Source: Escherichia phage T2. From it: DNA of 64,000 nucleotides. Shown here piece by piece: positions 10,201 through 19,981 of the stretch (its first letter is position 1; the number at the start of each line of letters is the position of its first letter). A program made the translations under genes and the position numbers. Under the pieces are notes generated by a model. It ran no database searches. It saw only the letters and a list, made by a program, of their open reading frames with translations, and was not told where the DNA came from. The stretch lies in sequence record NC_054931.1. One strand, written 5' to 3'.

Positions 10201-10227
10201 ATTATACCACGTTTTAACGTGAAGCAT
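10201..10227 (-). promoter_or_regulatory. MotA-dependent middle promoter for uvsY
   Basis: On - strand: MotA box aaTGCTTCA, 13-nt spacer, TATAAT, about 40 nt upstream of uvsY ATG. Confidence 0.6.
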
Positions 10228-10625
10228 TATACCCTATTACTCGAAGCCAGTTGCAGTTTTATCTGCTCAATATCATCAGGGTTATCGATGACCGAAAAGC
10301 GTATTTCTACTATCAGAGTATAATCATCATAAACTGGTATCACATTAACTGATAATTTATCAATACGTGGCTCATAGTTTCTTACTGCGCTTTCGATATT
10401 GCGCTCAACCGTGTCAGCAGTAAGAGGAGTCATATTTTCAAAAAGCTGATCTGATAAATCACATCCAAATTCAGGGTCAAACGGTCTTGAACCTTTTCTT
10501 GTTGTAATAATTCCCAAAAGACTGTTTTTAATTGACCTTAATCCAAGTGATCTGGAAACATCTTTGTTCCAATCCATTTTCATTTCCGGGTCAATGTCAG
10601 AATAAAGCTTATTAATATTTGCCAT
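10227..10625 (-). CDS. 25: baseplate wedge protein gp25
   Basis: 132-aa ORF; T4 gp25 size and synteny. Confidence 0.9.
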   Translation of the reverse strand: MANINKLYSDIDPEMKMDWNKDVSRSLGLRSIKNSLLGIITTRKGSRPFDPEFGCDLSDQLFENMTPLTADTVERNIESAVRNYEPRIDKLSVNVIPVYDDYTLIVEIRFSVIDNPDDIEQIKLQLASSNRV

Positions 10626-11251
10626 TATAGTAACTCAAAGAACTCTTTGAGGCCTCTTATTACATGAGCATGGGTTTTTCCACACTCTGGACATTTAATT
10701 GGAACAGCCAAATAAACGGTAGGCTTTAAAAGCATATCTTTTATAGCTACAATATCTGACTCTGTGATGATAGAATATAAATCTTCTAGTTCTTTTTCAT
10801 TTAAGTCTTCAACTGGAATGCTTTCACCGTTAGCATGAATCGTTTCTATGCATGATACTATCATGTGGGCTATATTTTTATCATCAAAAATTTTAGGGTA
10901 TCGGAATTTAATTTTAATGTCACCCAGTGTATACCAGAGGTCTTCTGGTGCATCTATTTGTGTATGTAATAGATTTATATGGGTTGGTATTTCAGTTCCA
11001 CAGGTGCACTTCCAGGAGTTTTCGTGATTAACTTCTCCAAGAGAATGCGCCCATAAATGAATCAGCAATAGTTCTGATTCTTGGCGGTTTAAATCTTTTG
11101 CATTTGTGCAGTCTTTGATTAGCTTTTTAACAATTACTTCTACGGAACCATTATTTTTGGCAGTAATAAGTTCTAGATATTCTTTAAGCGTGAATGCGCG
11201 ACAATTGATTATTTTAGAACCAACTCTCACATCAAATTTGTATTCATACAT
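10625..11251 (-). CDS. 26: baseplate hub protein gp26
   Basis: 208-aa ORF; synteny 25-26-51-27. Confidence 0.85.
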   Translation of the reverse strand: MYEYKFDVRVGSKIINCRAFTLKEYLELITAKNNGSVEVIVKKLIKDCTNAKDLNRQESELLLIHLWAHSLGEVNHENSWKCTCGTEIPTHINLLHTQIDAPEDLWYTLGDIKIKFRYPKIFDDKNIAHMIVSCIETIHANGESIPVEDLNEKELEDLYSIITESDIVAIKDMLLKPTVYLAVPIKCPECGKTHAHVIRGLKEFFELL

Positions 11252-11272
11252 ATTTAGCTCCTTTATTTATCA

Positions 11273-11284
11273 TATTTATAAATA
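11273..11284. promoter_or_regulatory. palindromic bidirectional late promoter (TATTTATAAATA) between genes 26 and 51
   Basis: Perfect 12-nt palindrome giving TATAAATA on both strands, about 20 nt from each divergent start codon. Confidence 0.55.
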
Positions 11285-11301
11285 GAATAAAAGGAGCATC
11301 T

Positions 11302-12051
11302 ATGGCAAACATTATTCGTTGTAAATTACCAGATGGTGTTCATCGTTTTAAACCATTTACGGTAGAAGATTATCGAGATTTTTTGTTAGTTCGAAACGAT
11401 ATAGAACATCGGTCACCACAAGAACAAAAAGAAATAATTACTGATTTAATTGATGATTATTTTGGAGACTATCCGAAGACTTGGCAACCATTTATATTTT
11501 TGCAGGTATTTGTAGGGTCAATAGGTAAAACTAAAGTACCGGTCACATTTGTATGTCCAAAATGTAAAAAAGAAAAGACAGTTCCATTTGAAATATATCA
11601 AAAAGAATTAAAGGAACCTGTTTTTGATGTAGCTAATGTTAAAATTAAATTAAAGTTTCCTTCTGAGTTTTATGAAAATAAAGCAAAGATGATTACTGAA
11701 AATATTCATTCTGTTCAAGTAGATGAAATATGGTATGATTGGAAGGAAATTAGTGAATCAAGCCAAATAGAACTTGTTGATGCCATCGAGATAGAAACAT
11801 TAGAAAAAATTCTCGATGCAATGAATCCTATTAATTTAACTCTACATATGTCATGCTGTAATAAGTACATTAAAAAATACACTGATATAGTAGACGTGTT
11901 TAAGCTGTTAGTTAACCCAGATGAGATATTTACTTTTTATCAAATTAATCACACACTCGTAAAAAGTAATTATAGCTTAAATTCAATAATGAAAATGATT
12001 CCTGCCGAGCGCGGATTCGTATTAAAACTGATTGAGAAGGATAAACAATAA
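11302..12051 (+). CDS. 51: baseplate hub assembly protein gp51
   Basis: 249-aa ORF; synteny. Confidence 0.85.
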   Translation: MANIIRCKLPDGVHRFKPFTVEDYRDFLLVRNDIEHRSPQEQKEIITDLIDDYFGDYPKTWQPFIFLQVFVGSIGKTKVPVTFVCPKCKKEKTVPFEIYQKELKEPVFDVANVKIKLKFPSEFYENKAKMITENIHSVQVDEIWYDWKEISESSQIELVDAIEIETLEKILDAMNPINLTLHMSCCNKYIKKYTDIVDVFKLLVNPDEIFTFYQINHTLVKSNYSLNSIMKMIPAERGFVLKLIEKDKQ

Positions 12052-13226
12052 TGAGTATGTTGCAACGCCCCGGATATCCAAATCTCAGCGTTAAATTATT
12101 TGATAGCTACGACGCTTGGAGTAATAATAGATTTGTTGAATTAGCTGCTACTATTACCACATTAACTATGCGGGATTCTCTTTATGGACGAAATGAAGGA
12201 ATGCTGCAGTTTTATGATTCTAAAAACATCCATACAAAAATGGATGGAAATGAAATAATTCAGATTTCTGTAGCTAATGCAAATGATATTAATAATGTTA
12301 AAACACGAATTTATGGATGTAAGCATTTTTCCGTGTCAGTAGATTCAAAAGGTGATAACATCATTGCTATTGAATTGGGAACTATTCATTCTATAGAAAA
12401 TCTTAAATTTGGTAGACAATTTTTCCCTGATGCAGGTGAATCTATAAAAGAAATGCTTGGTGTCATTTATCAGGATCGCACATTATTAACTCCAGCAATA
12501 AATGCTATAAATGCTTATGTTCCTGATATTCCATGGACTAGCACATTTGAAAACTATTTGTCATATGTAAGAGAAGTTGCTCTAGCTGTAGGAAGCGACA
12601 AATTTGTATTTGTATGGCAAGACATCATGGGAGTTAACATGATGGACTATGATATGATGATAAATCAAGAACCATATCCAATGATTGTCGGTGAGCCATC
12701 TTTAATAGGTCAATTCATCCAAGAATTAAAATATCCATTAGCATATGATTTCGTTTGGTTGACTAAATCGAATCCTTACAAACGTGATCCAATGAAAAAT
12801 GCTACTATCTATGCTCATTCATTTTTAGATTCTTCACTGCCAATGATTACTACAGGAAAGGGTGAAAACTCTATTGTAGTGTCAAGATCAGGTGCTTATT
12901 CTGAAATGACTTATAGGAATGGATATGAAGAAGCTATTCGTCTTCAAACTATGGCACAATATGACGGTTATGCTAAATGTTCTACTGTCGGTAATTTTAA
13001 CTTGACTCCTGGTGTTAAAATTATTTTTAATGATAGTAAAAACCAATTTAAAACAGAATTTTACGTTGATGAAGTTATCCATGAATTATCCAATAATAAT
13101 TCAGTAACTCATCTATATATGTTCACTAATGCAACGAAACTGGAAACAATAGACCCAGTTAAGGTTAAAAATGAATTTAAATCTGATACTACCACTGAAG
13201 AAAGTAGTTCTTCCAATAAGCAATAA
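12051..13226 (+). CDS. 27: baseplate hub protein gp27
   Basis: 391-aa ORF; T4 gp27 size. Confidence 0.9.
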   Translation: MSMLQRPGYPNLSVKLFDSYDAWSNNRFVELAATITTLTMRDSLYGRNEGMLQFYDSKNIHTKMDGNEIIQISVANANDINNVKTRIYGCKHFSVSVDSKGDNIIAIELGTIHSIENLKFGRQFFPDAGESIKEMLGVIYQDRTLLTPAINAINAYVPDIPWTSTFENYLSYVREVALAVGSDKFVFVWQDIMGVNMMDYDMMINQEPYPMIVGEPSLIGQFIQELKYPLAYDFVWLTKSNPYKRDPMKNATIYAHSFLDSSLPMITTGKGENSIVVSRSGAYSEMTYRNGYEEAIRLQTMAQYDGYAKCSTVGNFNLTPGVKIIFNDSKNQFKTEFYVDEVIHELSNNNSVTHLYMFTNATKLETIDPVKVKNEFKSDTTTEESSSSNKQ

Positions 13227-13704
13227 AGAAGTTTCTATTCCTAAAATGGGTCTTAAACATTATAACATTTTAAAGGATGTTAAAGGTCCTGATGAAAATT
13301 TAAAACTTCTTATTGATTCTATTTGTCCGAATTTATCACCGGCAGAAGTTGATTTCGTTTCTATTCATTTATTGGAATTTAATGGAAAGATTAAATCTCG
13401 TAAAGAAATAGATGGCTATACTTATGACATTAATGATGTTTATGTATGCCAAAGATTAGAATTTCAATACCAAGGAAATACATTTTATTTTAGACCTCCT
13501 GGAAAATTTGAACAATTTTTAACGGTGAGCGATATGTTATCTAAATGCTTGCTTAAGGTCAACGATGAAGTTAAAGAAATTAATTTTCTTGAGATGCCAG
13601 CATTCGTTTTAAAATGGGCAAATGATATTTTTACAACTTTAGCAATTCCTGGCCCTAATGGTCCAATAACCGGAATTGGCAATATTATTGGATTATTTGA
13701 ATGA
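13171..13704 (+). CDS. 28: baseplate hub distal protein gp28
   Basis: 177-aa ORF overlapping the end of 27. Confidence 0.85.
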   Translation: MNLNLILPLKKVVLPISNKEVSIPKMGLKHYNILKDVKGPDENLKLLIDSICPNLSPAEVDFVSIHLLEFNGKIKSRKEIDGYTYDINDVYVCQRLEFQYQGNTFYFRPPGKFEQFLTVSDMLSKCLLKVNDEVKEINFLEMPAFVLKWANDIFTTLAIPGPNGPITGIGNIIGLFE

Positions 13705-15473
13705 AAAAGCCACAAGAAATGCAAACGATGCGTAGAAAAGTTATTTCAGATAATAAACCAACACAGGAAGCGGCTAAATCCGCTTCTAACACTTTATCTG
13801 GACTTAATGATATATCTACGAAATTGGATGATGCTCAAGCTGCTTCTGAATTAATAGCTCAAACTGTCGAAGAAAAATCGAATGAAATAGTTGGAGCAAT
13901 TGGTAACGTAGAAAACGCAGTGAGTGATACTACTGCCGGTTCTGAGTTAATTGCTGAAACTGTCGAAATTGGCAACAATATTAATAAAGAAATCGGTGAA
14001 TCACTCGGAAGCAAATTAGATAAATTAACAAGTTTACTAGAGCAAAAAATTCAGACAGCTGGAATTCAACAGACTGGAACTAGTTTAGCCACAGTTGAAA
14101 GCGCTATTCCTGTTAAAGTCGTTGAGGATGATACTGCTGAATCTGTGGGTCCTTTATTACCGGCTCCCGAAGCAGTTAATAATGATCCTGACGCTGATTT
14201 TTTCCCTACCCCTCAGCCAGTTGAACCCAAACAAGAATCGCCAGAAGAAAAACAGAAAAAAGAAGCATTTAACTTAAAATTATCTCAAGCTTTAGATAAA
14301 TTAACAAAGACTGTTGATTTTGGATTTAAGAAATCCATTTCAATTAGTGATAAAATATCAAGCATGTTATTTAAGTACACCATCAGTGCTGCTATTGAAG
14401 CTGCTAAAATGACTGCAATGATATTGGCTGTTGTTGTTGGAATAGACCTGTTGATGGTTCACTTTAAATATTGGTCAGATAAATTTTCAAAAGCCTGGGA
14501 TTTATTTAATACTGACTTTACTAAATTCTCTAGCGAAACCGGAACTTGGGGTCCTTTATTACAGAGCATCTTTGATTCTATTGATAAAATTAAACAACTT
14601 TGGGAAGCGGGAGATTGGGGTGGATTGACAGTAGCTATTGTTGAAGGGCTTGGAAAGGTTCTTTATAATTTAGGAGAACTTATTCAGCTTGGAATGGCTA
14701 AATTATCTGCGGCAATTCTTCGAGTCATTCCTGGCATGAAGGATACTGCTGATGAAGTAGAAGGAAGAGCACTAGAAAATTTCCAAAATTCTACTGGAGC
14801 ATCTCTCAATAAAGAAGACCAAGAAAAAGTAGCAAATTATCAAGATAAACGAATGAATGGAGACCTTGGCCCAATAGCAGAAGGACTAGACAAAATCTCT
14901 AACTGGAAAACTCGTGCATCTAACTGGATTCGTGGTGTAGATAATAAAGAAGCACTGACTACTGACGAAGAACGTGCAGCAGAAGAAGAAAAATTAAAGC
15001 AGCTTTCACCTGAAGAAAGAAAAAATGCTTTAATGAAGGCCAATGAAGCTCGTGCCGCGATGATTCGTTTTGAAAAATATGCTGATTCAGCTGATATGAG
15101 TAAAGACTCAACGGTTAAATCAGTTGAAGCTGCCTATGAAGACCTTAAACAGCGGATGGATGACCCGGATTTAAATAATTCGCCGGCAGTTAAAAAAGAA
15201 CTTGCTTCTAGATTTGCTAAAATTGATGCTACTTATCAAGAGCTCAAGAAAAATCAGCCTAATGCCAAACCTGAAACTTCTGCTAAATCACCAGAAGCGA
15301 AACAGGTCCAGGTTATTGAAAAGAACAAAGCACAACAAGCTCCTGTTCAACAAGCATCTCCTTCAATCAATAATACTAATAATGTTATTAAGAAAAATAC
15401 TGTCGTTCATAATATGACACCTGTTACGAGCACAACTGCTCCTGGTGTATTTGGCGCGACTGGAGTTAATTAA
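13701..15473 (+). CDS. 29: tail tube tape measure / baseplate hub protein gp29
   Basis: 590-aa ORF, ATGA overlap with gene 28. Confidence 0.9.
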   Translation: MKKPQEMQTMRRKVISDNKPTQEAAKSASNTLSGLNDISTKLDDAQAASELIAQTVEEKSNEIVGAIGNVENAVSDTTAGSELIAETVEIGNNINKEIGESLGSKLDKLTSLLEQKIQTAGIQQTGTSLATVESAIPVKVVEDDTAESVGPLLPAPEAVNNDPDADFFPTPQPVEPKQESPEEKQKKEAFNLKLSQALDKLTKTVDFGFKKSISISDKISSMLFKYTISAAIEAAKMTAMILAVVVGIDLLMVHFKYWSDKFSKAWDLFNTDFTKFSSETGTWGPLLQSIFDSIDKIKQLWEAGDWGGLTVAIVEGLGKVLYNLGELIQLGMAKLSAAILRVIPGMKDTADEVEGRALENFQNSTGASLNKEDQEKVANYQDKRMNGDLGPIAEGLDKISNWKTRASNWIRGVDNKEALTTDEERAAEEEKLKQLSPEERKNALMKANEARAAMIRFEKYADSADMSKDSTVKSVEAAYEDLKQRMDDPDLNNSPAVKKELASRFAKIDATYQELKKNQPNAKPETSAKSPEAKQVQVIEKNKAQQAPVQQASPSINNTNNVIKKNTVVHNMTPVTSTTAPGVFGATGVN

Positions 15474-15481
15474 GGAATAAT

Positions 15482-16576
15482 ATGGCAATTGTTAAAGAAA
15501 TAACTGCTGATTTAATTAAAAAGTCCGGTGAGACAATTTCAGCCGGACAGAGCACTAAATCAGAAGTAGGAATTAAAACATACACAGCCCAGTTTCCAAC
15601 TGGGCGTGCTAGTGGTAATGACACTACAGGGGACTTCCAGGTAACAGATCTATATAAGAATGGATTATTATTTACTGCATACAATATGTCATCTAGGGAT
15701 TCTGGAAGTCTTAGATCGATGAGATCTAACTACTCTTCTTCATCTTCGAGTATTTTACGTACAGCCAGAAACACTATTAGTAGTACAGTATCAAAACTAT
15801 CAAATGGATTAATATCAAATAATAATTCAGGAACAATAAGTAAAGCTCCTGTCGCAAACATTCTTTTACCGAGATCTAAATCTGATGTTGATACATCATC
15901 ACATAGATTTAATGATGTTCAAGAAAGCCTTATCAGTAGAGGCGGAGGTACTGCTACTGGAGTGCTAAGTAATATTGCTTCAACCGCAGTATTTGGGGCG
16001 TTGGAAAGTATAACACAAGGTATAATGGCTGATAATAATGAACAGATTTATACGACAGCCAGAAGTATGTATGGTGGTGCTGAAAATAGAACTAAAGTGT
16101 TTACATGGGATTTAACTCCACGTTCAACAGAAGATTTAATGGCTATTATTAATATCTATCAATATTTTAACTATTTTTCTTATGGTGAAACGGGTAAATC
16201 TCAATATGCTGCTGAAATAAAGGGGTATTTAGATGATTGGTATCGTTCTACGTTAATTGAACCTTTATCTCCGGAAGACGCAGCTAAAAATAAAACACTA
16301 TTTGAGAAAATGACATCGAGTTTAACTAACGTTCTAGTAGTTTCAAACCCGACGGTTTGGATGGTGAAAAACTTTGGTGCAACATCTAAGTTTGATGGAA
16401 AAACGGAAATATTTGGTCCATGCCAAATACAGAGCATCAGATTTGATAAAACACCTAACGGTAACTTTAACGGATTAGCTATTGCTCCAAATCTCCCTAG
16501 TACATTTACTCTCGAGATTACTATGAGAGAAATTATCACGTTAAACCGTGCTTCTTTATATGCGGGGACTTTTTAA
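15482..16576 (+). CDS. 48: baseplate-tail tube junction protein gp48
   Basis: 364-aa ORF; synteny. Confidence 0.9.
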   Translation: MAIVKEITADLIKKSGETISAGQSTKSEVGIKTYTAQFPTGRASGNDTTGDFQVTDLYKNGLLFTAYNMSSRDSGSLRSMRSNYSSSSSSILRTARNTISSTVSKLSNGLISNNNSGTISKAPVANILLPRSKSDVDTSSHRFNDVQESLISRGGGTATGVLSNIASTAVFGALESITQGIMADNNEQIYTTARSMYGGAENRTKVFTWDLTPRSTEDLMAIINIYQYFNYFSYGETGKSQYAAEIKGYLDDWYRSTLIEPLSPEDAAKNKTLFEKMTSSLTNVLVVSNPTVWMVKNFGATSKFDGKTEIFGPCQIQSIRFDKTPNGNFNGLAIAPNLPSTFTLEITMREIITLNRASLYAGTF

Positions 16577-17541
16577 TGTATTCTTTAGAGGAATTTAATA
16601 ATCAAGCAATAAACGCAGATTTCCAACGTAATAATATGTTTAGCTGCGTTTTTGCAACAACTCCATCAACTAAAAGCTCTTCGTTGATAAGTTCAATTAG
16701 CAACTTTTCTTATAATAACTTGGGCCTAAATTCAGATTGGTTAGGATTAACTCAAGGTGATATTAATCAGGGAATTACAACGCTAATTACAGCTGGCACA
16801 CAAAAACTAATAAGAAAATCGGGGGTTAGTAAATATCTTATTGGTGCCATGAGTCAACGTACAGTTCAAAGTTTATTAGGCTCATTTACAGTTGGTACAT
16901 ATTTAATTGACTTCTTTAACATGGCATATAACTCATCTGGATTGATGATATACTCTGTAAAAATGCCAGAGAATAGATTATCCTATGAAACTGATTGGAA
17001 CTACAACTCTCCTAATATTCGTATAACTGGGAGAGAATTAGACCCTTTGGTTATTTCATTTAGAATGGATTCAGAATCGTGTAATTACCGTGCAATGCAA
17101 GACTGGGTTAATGCTGTTCAAGACCCAGTAACTGGATTACGTGCTCTGCCACAAGATGTCGAGGCAGATATCCAGGTTAATCTTCATTCTCGTAATGGAT
17201 TGCCTCATACTGCGGTGATGTTCACCGGATGTATTCCAGTGTCAGTGAGCGCTCCTGAGTTATCATATGATGGAGATAACCAAATAACTACATTTGATGT
17301 TACTTTTGCGTATAGAGTCATGCAGGCTGGAGCAGTTGATAGGCAAGCTGCGCTTGAATGGCTTGAATCTGCTGCTATAAATGGTATTCAAAGCTCTTCT
17401 GGAAATAATGGAGGTGTTACTGAACTATCTAGTTCGCTTTCACGACTTAGTAGATTAGGAGGAACTGCAGGAAGCATTTCAAACATTAATACTATGACAG
17501 GGATTGTCAATTCGCAGAGTAAAATATTAGGAGCAATATAA
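16576..17541 (+). CDS. 54: baseplate-tail tube initiator gp54
   Basis: 321-aa ORF; synteny. Confidence 0.9.
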   Translation: MYSLEEFNNQAINADFQRNNMFSCVFATTPSTKSSSLISSISNFSYNNLGLNSDWLGLTQGDINQGITTLITAGTQKLIRKSGVSKYLIGAMSQRTVQSLLGSFTVGTYLIDFFNMAYNSSGLMIYSVKMPENRLSYETDWNYNSPNIRITGRELDPLVISFRMDSESCNYRAMQDWVNAVQDPVTGLRALPQDVEADIQVNLHSRNGLPHTAVMFTGCIPVSVSAPELSYDGDNQITTFDVTFAYRVMQAGAVDRQAALEWLESAAINGIQSSSGNNGGVTELSSSLSRLSRLGGTAGSISNINTMTGIVNSQSKILGAI

Positions 17542-17545
17542 CAAT

Positions 17546-17575
17546 GGGGACCTTTCGGTCCCCATATTTTTATTT
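17546..17575. terminator. bidirectional terminator between gene 54 and alt.-3
   Basis: GGGGACC-TTTC-GGTCCCC hairpin followed by ATATTTTTATTT. Confidence 0.65.
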
Positions 17576-17860
17576 ACGGAATGAAATGAAAGCAGAAACT
17601 GAAGCAACTAAACTGTCTTCAATATAAACTTCAATTTTTACCGGAGCTTCTGACTCAAATTTACCTGTTACTACACCCTGGAAAATGCTTTCAGTCTGTT
17701 CTGGCTTTGAAAAATTTTCAGAAGGAAAAATTCCGAACTTTTTATCTGTTCCAAAAATTTTAATAAATTCATCGTAAACCGCTTCGTTAAAAGCATTATC
17801 AGCAGGAATAACGCCTTCAACTACAAGTTCTTGACCTAAAAAGCGCAAAGAAGATTTCAT
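17570..17860 (-). CDS. hypothetical protein (alt.-3 position)
   Basis: 96-aa ORF downstream of the alt paralogs. Confidence 0.6.
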   Translation of the reverse strand: MKSSLRFLGQELVVEGVIPADNAFNEAVYDEFIKIFGTDKKFGIFPSENFSKPEQTESIFQGVVTGKFESEAPVKIEVYIEDSLVASVSAFISFRK

Positions 17861-17891
17861 TTTGTGTTCCTCATGTTATGTCAGTAAGATT

Positions 17892-17921
17892 ATTATAACA
17901 CAACATAAGGAACTTGTAAAC
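17892..17921 (-). promoter_or_regulatory. T4-type early promoter (GTTTAC, 18-nt spacer, TATAAT) upstream of alt.-3
   Basis: On - strand GTTTACAAGTTCCTTATGTTGTGTTATAAT; near-identical block upstream of alc. Confidence 0.55.
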
Positions 17922-19978
17922 TACATTTTGAACTTTTTAGACATTCCGTTGATGTTAACCAAAGAAGCTAATATTTGAGAAACTTCGTTTTCCTCTTCTT
18001 TTGATTCTTCTACAAGGAATTGATTAAATCCAGCCATTGGACGAACTTCACCAGTTTCCATTAAATGGTCTCCATCATATACTGATTCTTCTAATTGTTC
18101 AGAAGGAGGAACGATTGTACCTTCGATTAGATACTTGTTATAAGCAGTTTCTTTCATAAAGTACGTACTTACTTTATTAATCTTCAGTAAAATTCCACGC
18201 GGTAGAATAACTTCAGCTTCTGATGGAAATCCTGATAAATGACCTGGAACGATAACTTTGATTCGCTCAGCTCCTTTAATTACCATACCCACGCTAGTTT
18301 CAGCATCTTCATTAGCATATGTAGAATGACTACCCATATGCATCAAATCTTCTGCATCAACGGAACCTTCTCCTTCTCCAGAAAATACTGCACCGGAATC
18401 ATCTAGAGCCATATAGTTTTTACCATGCTCGCCAAAGATATTTGGTTTAAGTGATGTCGATACGAAGTTCTTGAAATAGAACATTTTGTTTTCAATGTTG
18501 TGACGCAAAGTTTTAAAGGTAACTTCTTGTCCGCGATAAAGCGTAGTTCCTGGAGGAAGAACTGAACCTTTAGCGAATGCAGAATCCAACGTCTCGATGT
18601 GCTTAATAGCACGTTCCATATATTCTTCACGGGTAGAATCTGGTTTACCCAAAAGGAACGAGTTCATTTCAACATATGAATCTGCACAATAATCTTCAAT
18701 TACATCAGACTCAGCCTGAGTCAGTCCTTTTGGAGTTACTTCAGTGCTTGCATATTCATATGCCTGGGCAGCAGATTCATTAATCAATTTATAAATGCCA
18801 TTCATGACAAATTGAATAATAACTGTCTTTTCATCTGGCGTAGCTTTAGAACCTTTAACCAAATCATTGATAATTTTCTTAATAACATCAAAGCTATTAG
18901 AAATATTAATATCAGCAAGATCACTTAAAATTTTATCAGTTTTATAATCAAAGAATTCTTTATTCTTTAAATATTCTTGAGAACCTTGATATGTTATATC
19001 GCTCTGTAACTTGATAGATGGATCACGTAAACGTGCATGGGCTAATGCAATATGATTTCGGAAGTTTTCTAGTTCATAATCGCTAGATTTAAAACGAGAA
19101 GCACTTCTCATACCACCGATAGCTCCTTTGCTGAAGTTTGAACCAATCTGAATAACGCCAGAGTTCATTGGTCCTTCTGCTTTATATACCGGAACTTTAG
19201 ATTCAAACTCTTGATATTTCTTGGCAGCGAAGCTATCACCCTGAAGTGAAGCATCGACAGTAGAATATTGAGCTTGTGCTGCTAATCGACGACTAATTTT
19301 AGTTTTCTGAATAACCGCTTGGTCAGTACGTTTATCATTTTCTAAAGCAATAGAAGCAGCAACAGCGACAGCTTTAGGAACAGCATCACCTGTTTTAACA
19401 TCTACATAAACATCACCGACCTTCGATTCAACTTTTGCGAATAACTCAGTTGAAATAGGAGGTACACCTGGAATGTCTTCTAAATTGGCATTTTTACGGT
19501 AAACCATAATATATGCATACTTTTTATCATAGTCCCAGATTTCCTTTAAAAGAACATATCGACCTGCTCCTTTAGTACGTACTAAACGGTCAGCAATAAC
19601 TTGCATTTGACGAGCTGCGCCATTTGTTTTACTTTTTAGTACGCGGAATAAGCATGCGTCGATTTTATACTGTTTCATTGTTTGAAGAGCAGTATCAAAA
19701 ACAGCATTAATGACGCCAATTGGATTTCCACCCAAGTTTCTAAGCTTAACCAGCGATAATTTCTCGTTGACACCTATCATTACGATATGCATCATTTTAT
19801 CGCCTGGCTTAACGTTTTTATTTGTATCACCACCAGAGGTGTATGTACAAAATCTAAATCCAGGAAGCACGCTTTCTTCGCCGGCTTGAATAGCAAAAAT
19901 TTGTGGTATTTTATGCTTAGGATTTAAGTTAACAACCGGCGCCGAAGCGCCGTCAAATAATTCTGTAATAAGTTCCAT
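17921..19978 (-). CDS. Alt-family ADP-ribosyltransferase paralog (full length)
   Basis: 685-aa ORF; N-terminal MELITELFD shared with alt; C-terminal R (LYRGQ), STS (FVSTSL) and ExE (SEAEVILPRG) ART motifs. Confidence 0.8.
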   Translation of the reverse strand: MELITELFDGASAPVVNLNPKHKIPQIFAIQAGEESVLPGFRFCTYTSGGDTNKNVKPGDKMMHIVMIGVNEKLSLVKLRNLGGNPIGVINAVFDTALQTMKQYKIDACLFRVLKSKTNGAARQMQVIADRLVRTKGAGRYVLLKEIWDYDKKYAYIMVYRKNANLEDIPGVPPISTELFAKVESKVGDVYVDVKTGDAVPKAVAVAASIALENDKRTDQAVIQKTKISRRLAAQAQYSTVDASLQGDSFAAKKYQEFESKVPVYKAEGPMNSGVIQIGSNFSKGAIGGMRSASRFKSSDYELENFRNHIALAHARLRDPSIKLQSDITYQGSQEYLKNKEFFDYKTDKILSDLADINISNSFDVIKKIINDLVKGSKATPDEKTVIIQFVMNGIYKLINESAAQAYEYASTEVTPKGLTQAESDVIEDYCADSYVEMNSFLLGKPDSTREEYMERAIKHIETLDSAFAKGSVLPPGTTLYRGQEVTFKTLRHNIENKMFYFKNFVSTSLKPNIFGEHGKNYMALDDSGAVFSGEGEGSVDAEDLMHMGSHSTYANEDAETSVGMVIKGAERIKVIVPGHLSGFPSEAEVILPRGILLKINKVSTYFMKETAYNKYLIEGTIVPPSEQLEESVYDGDHLMETGEVRPMAGFNQFLVEESKEEENEVSQILASLVNINGMSKKFKM

Positions 19979-19981
19979 GAT

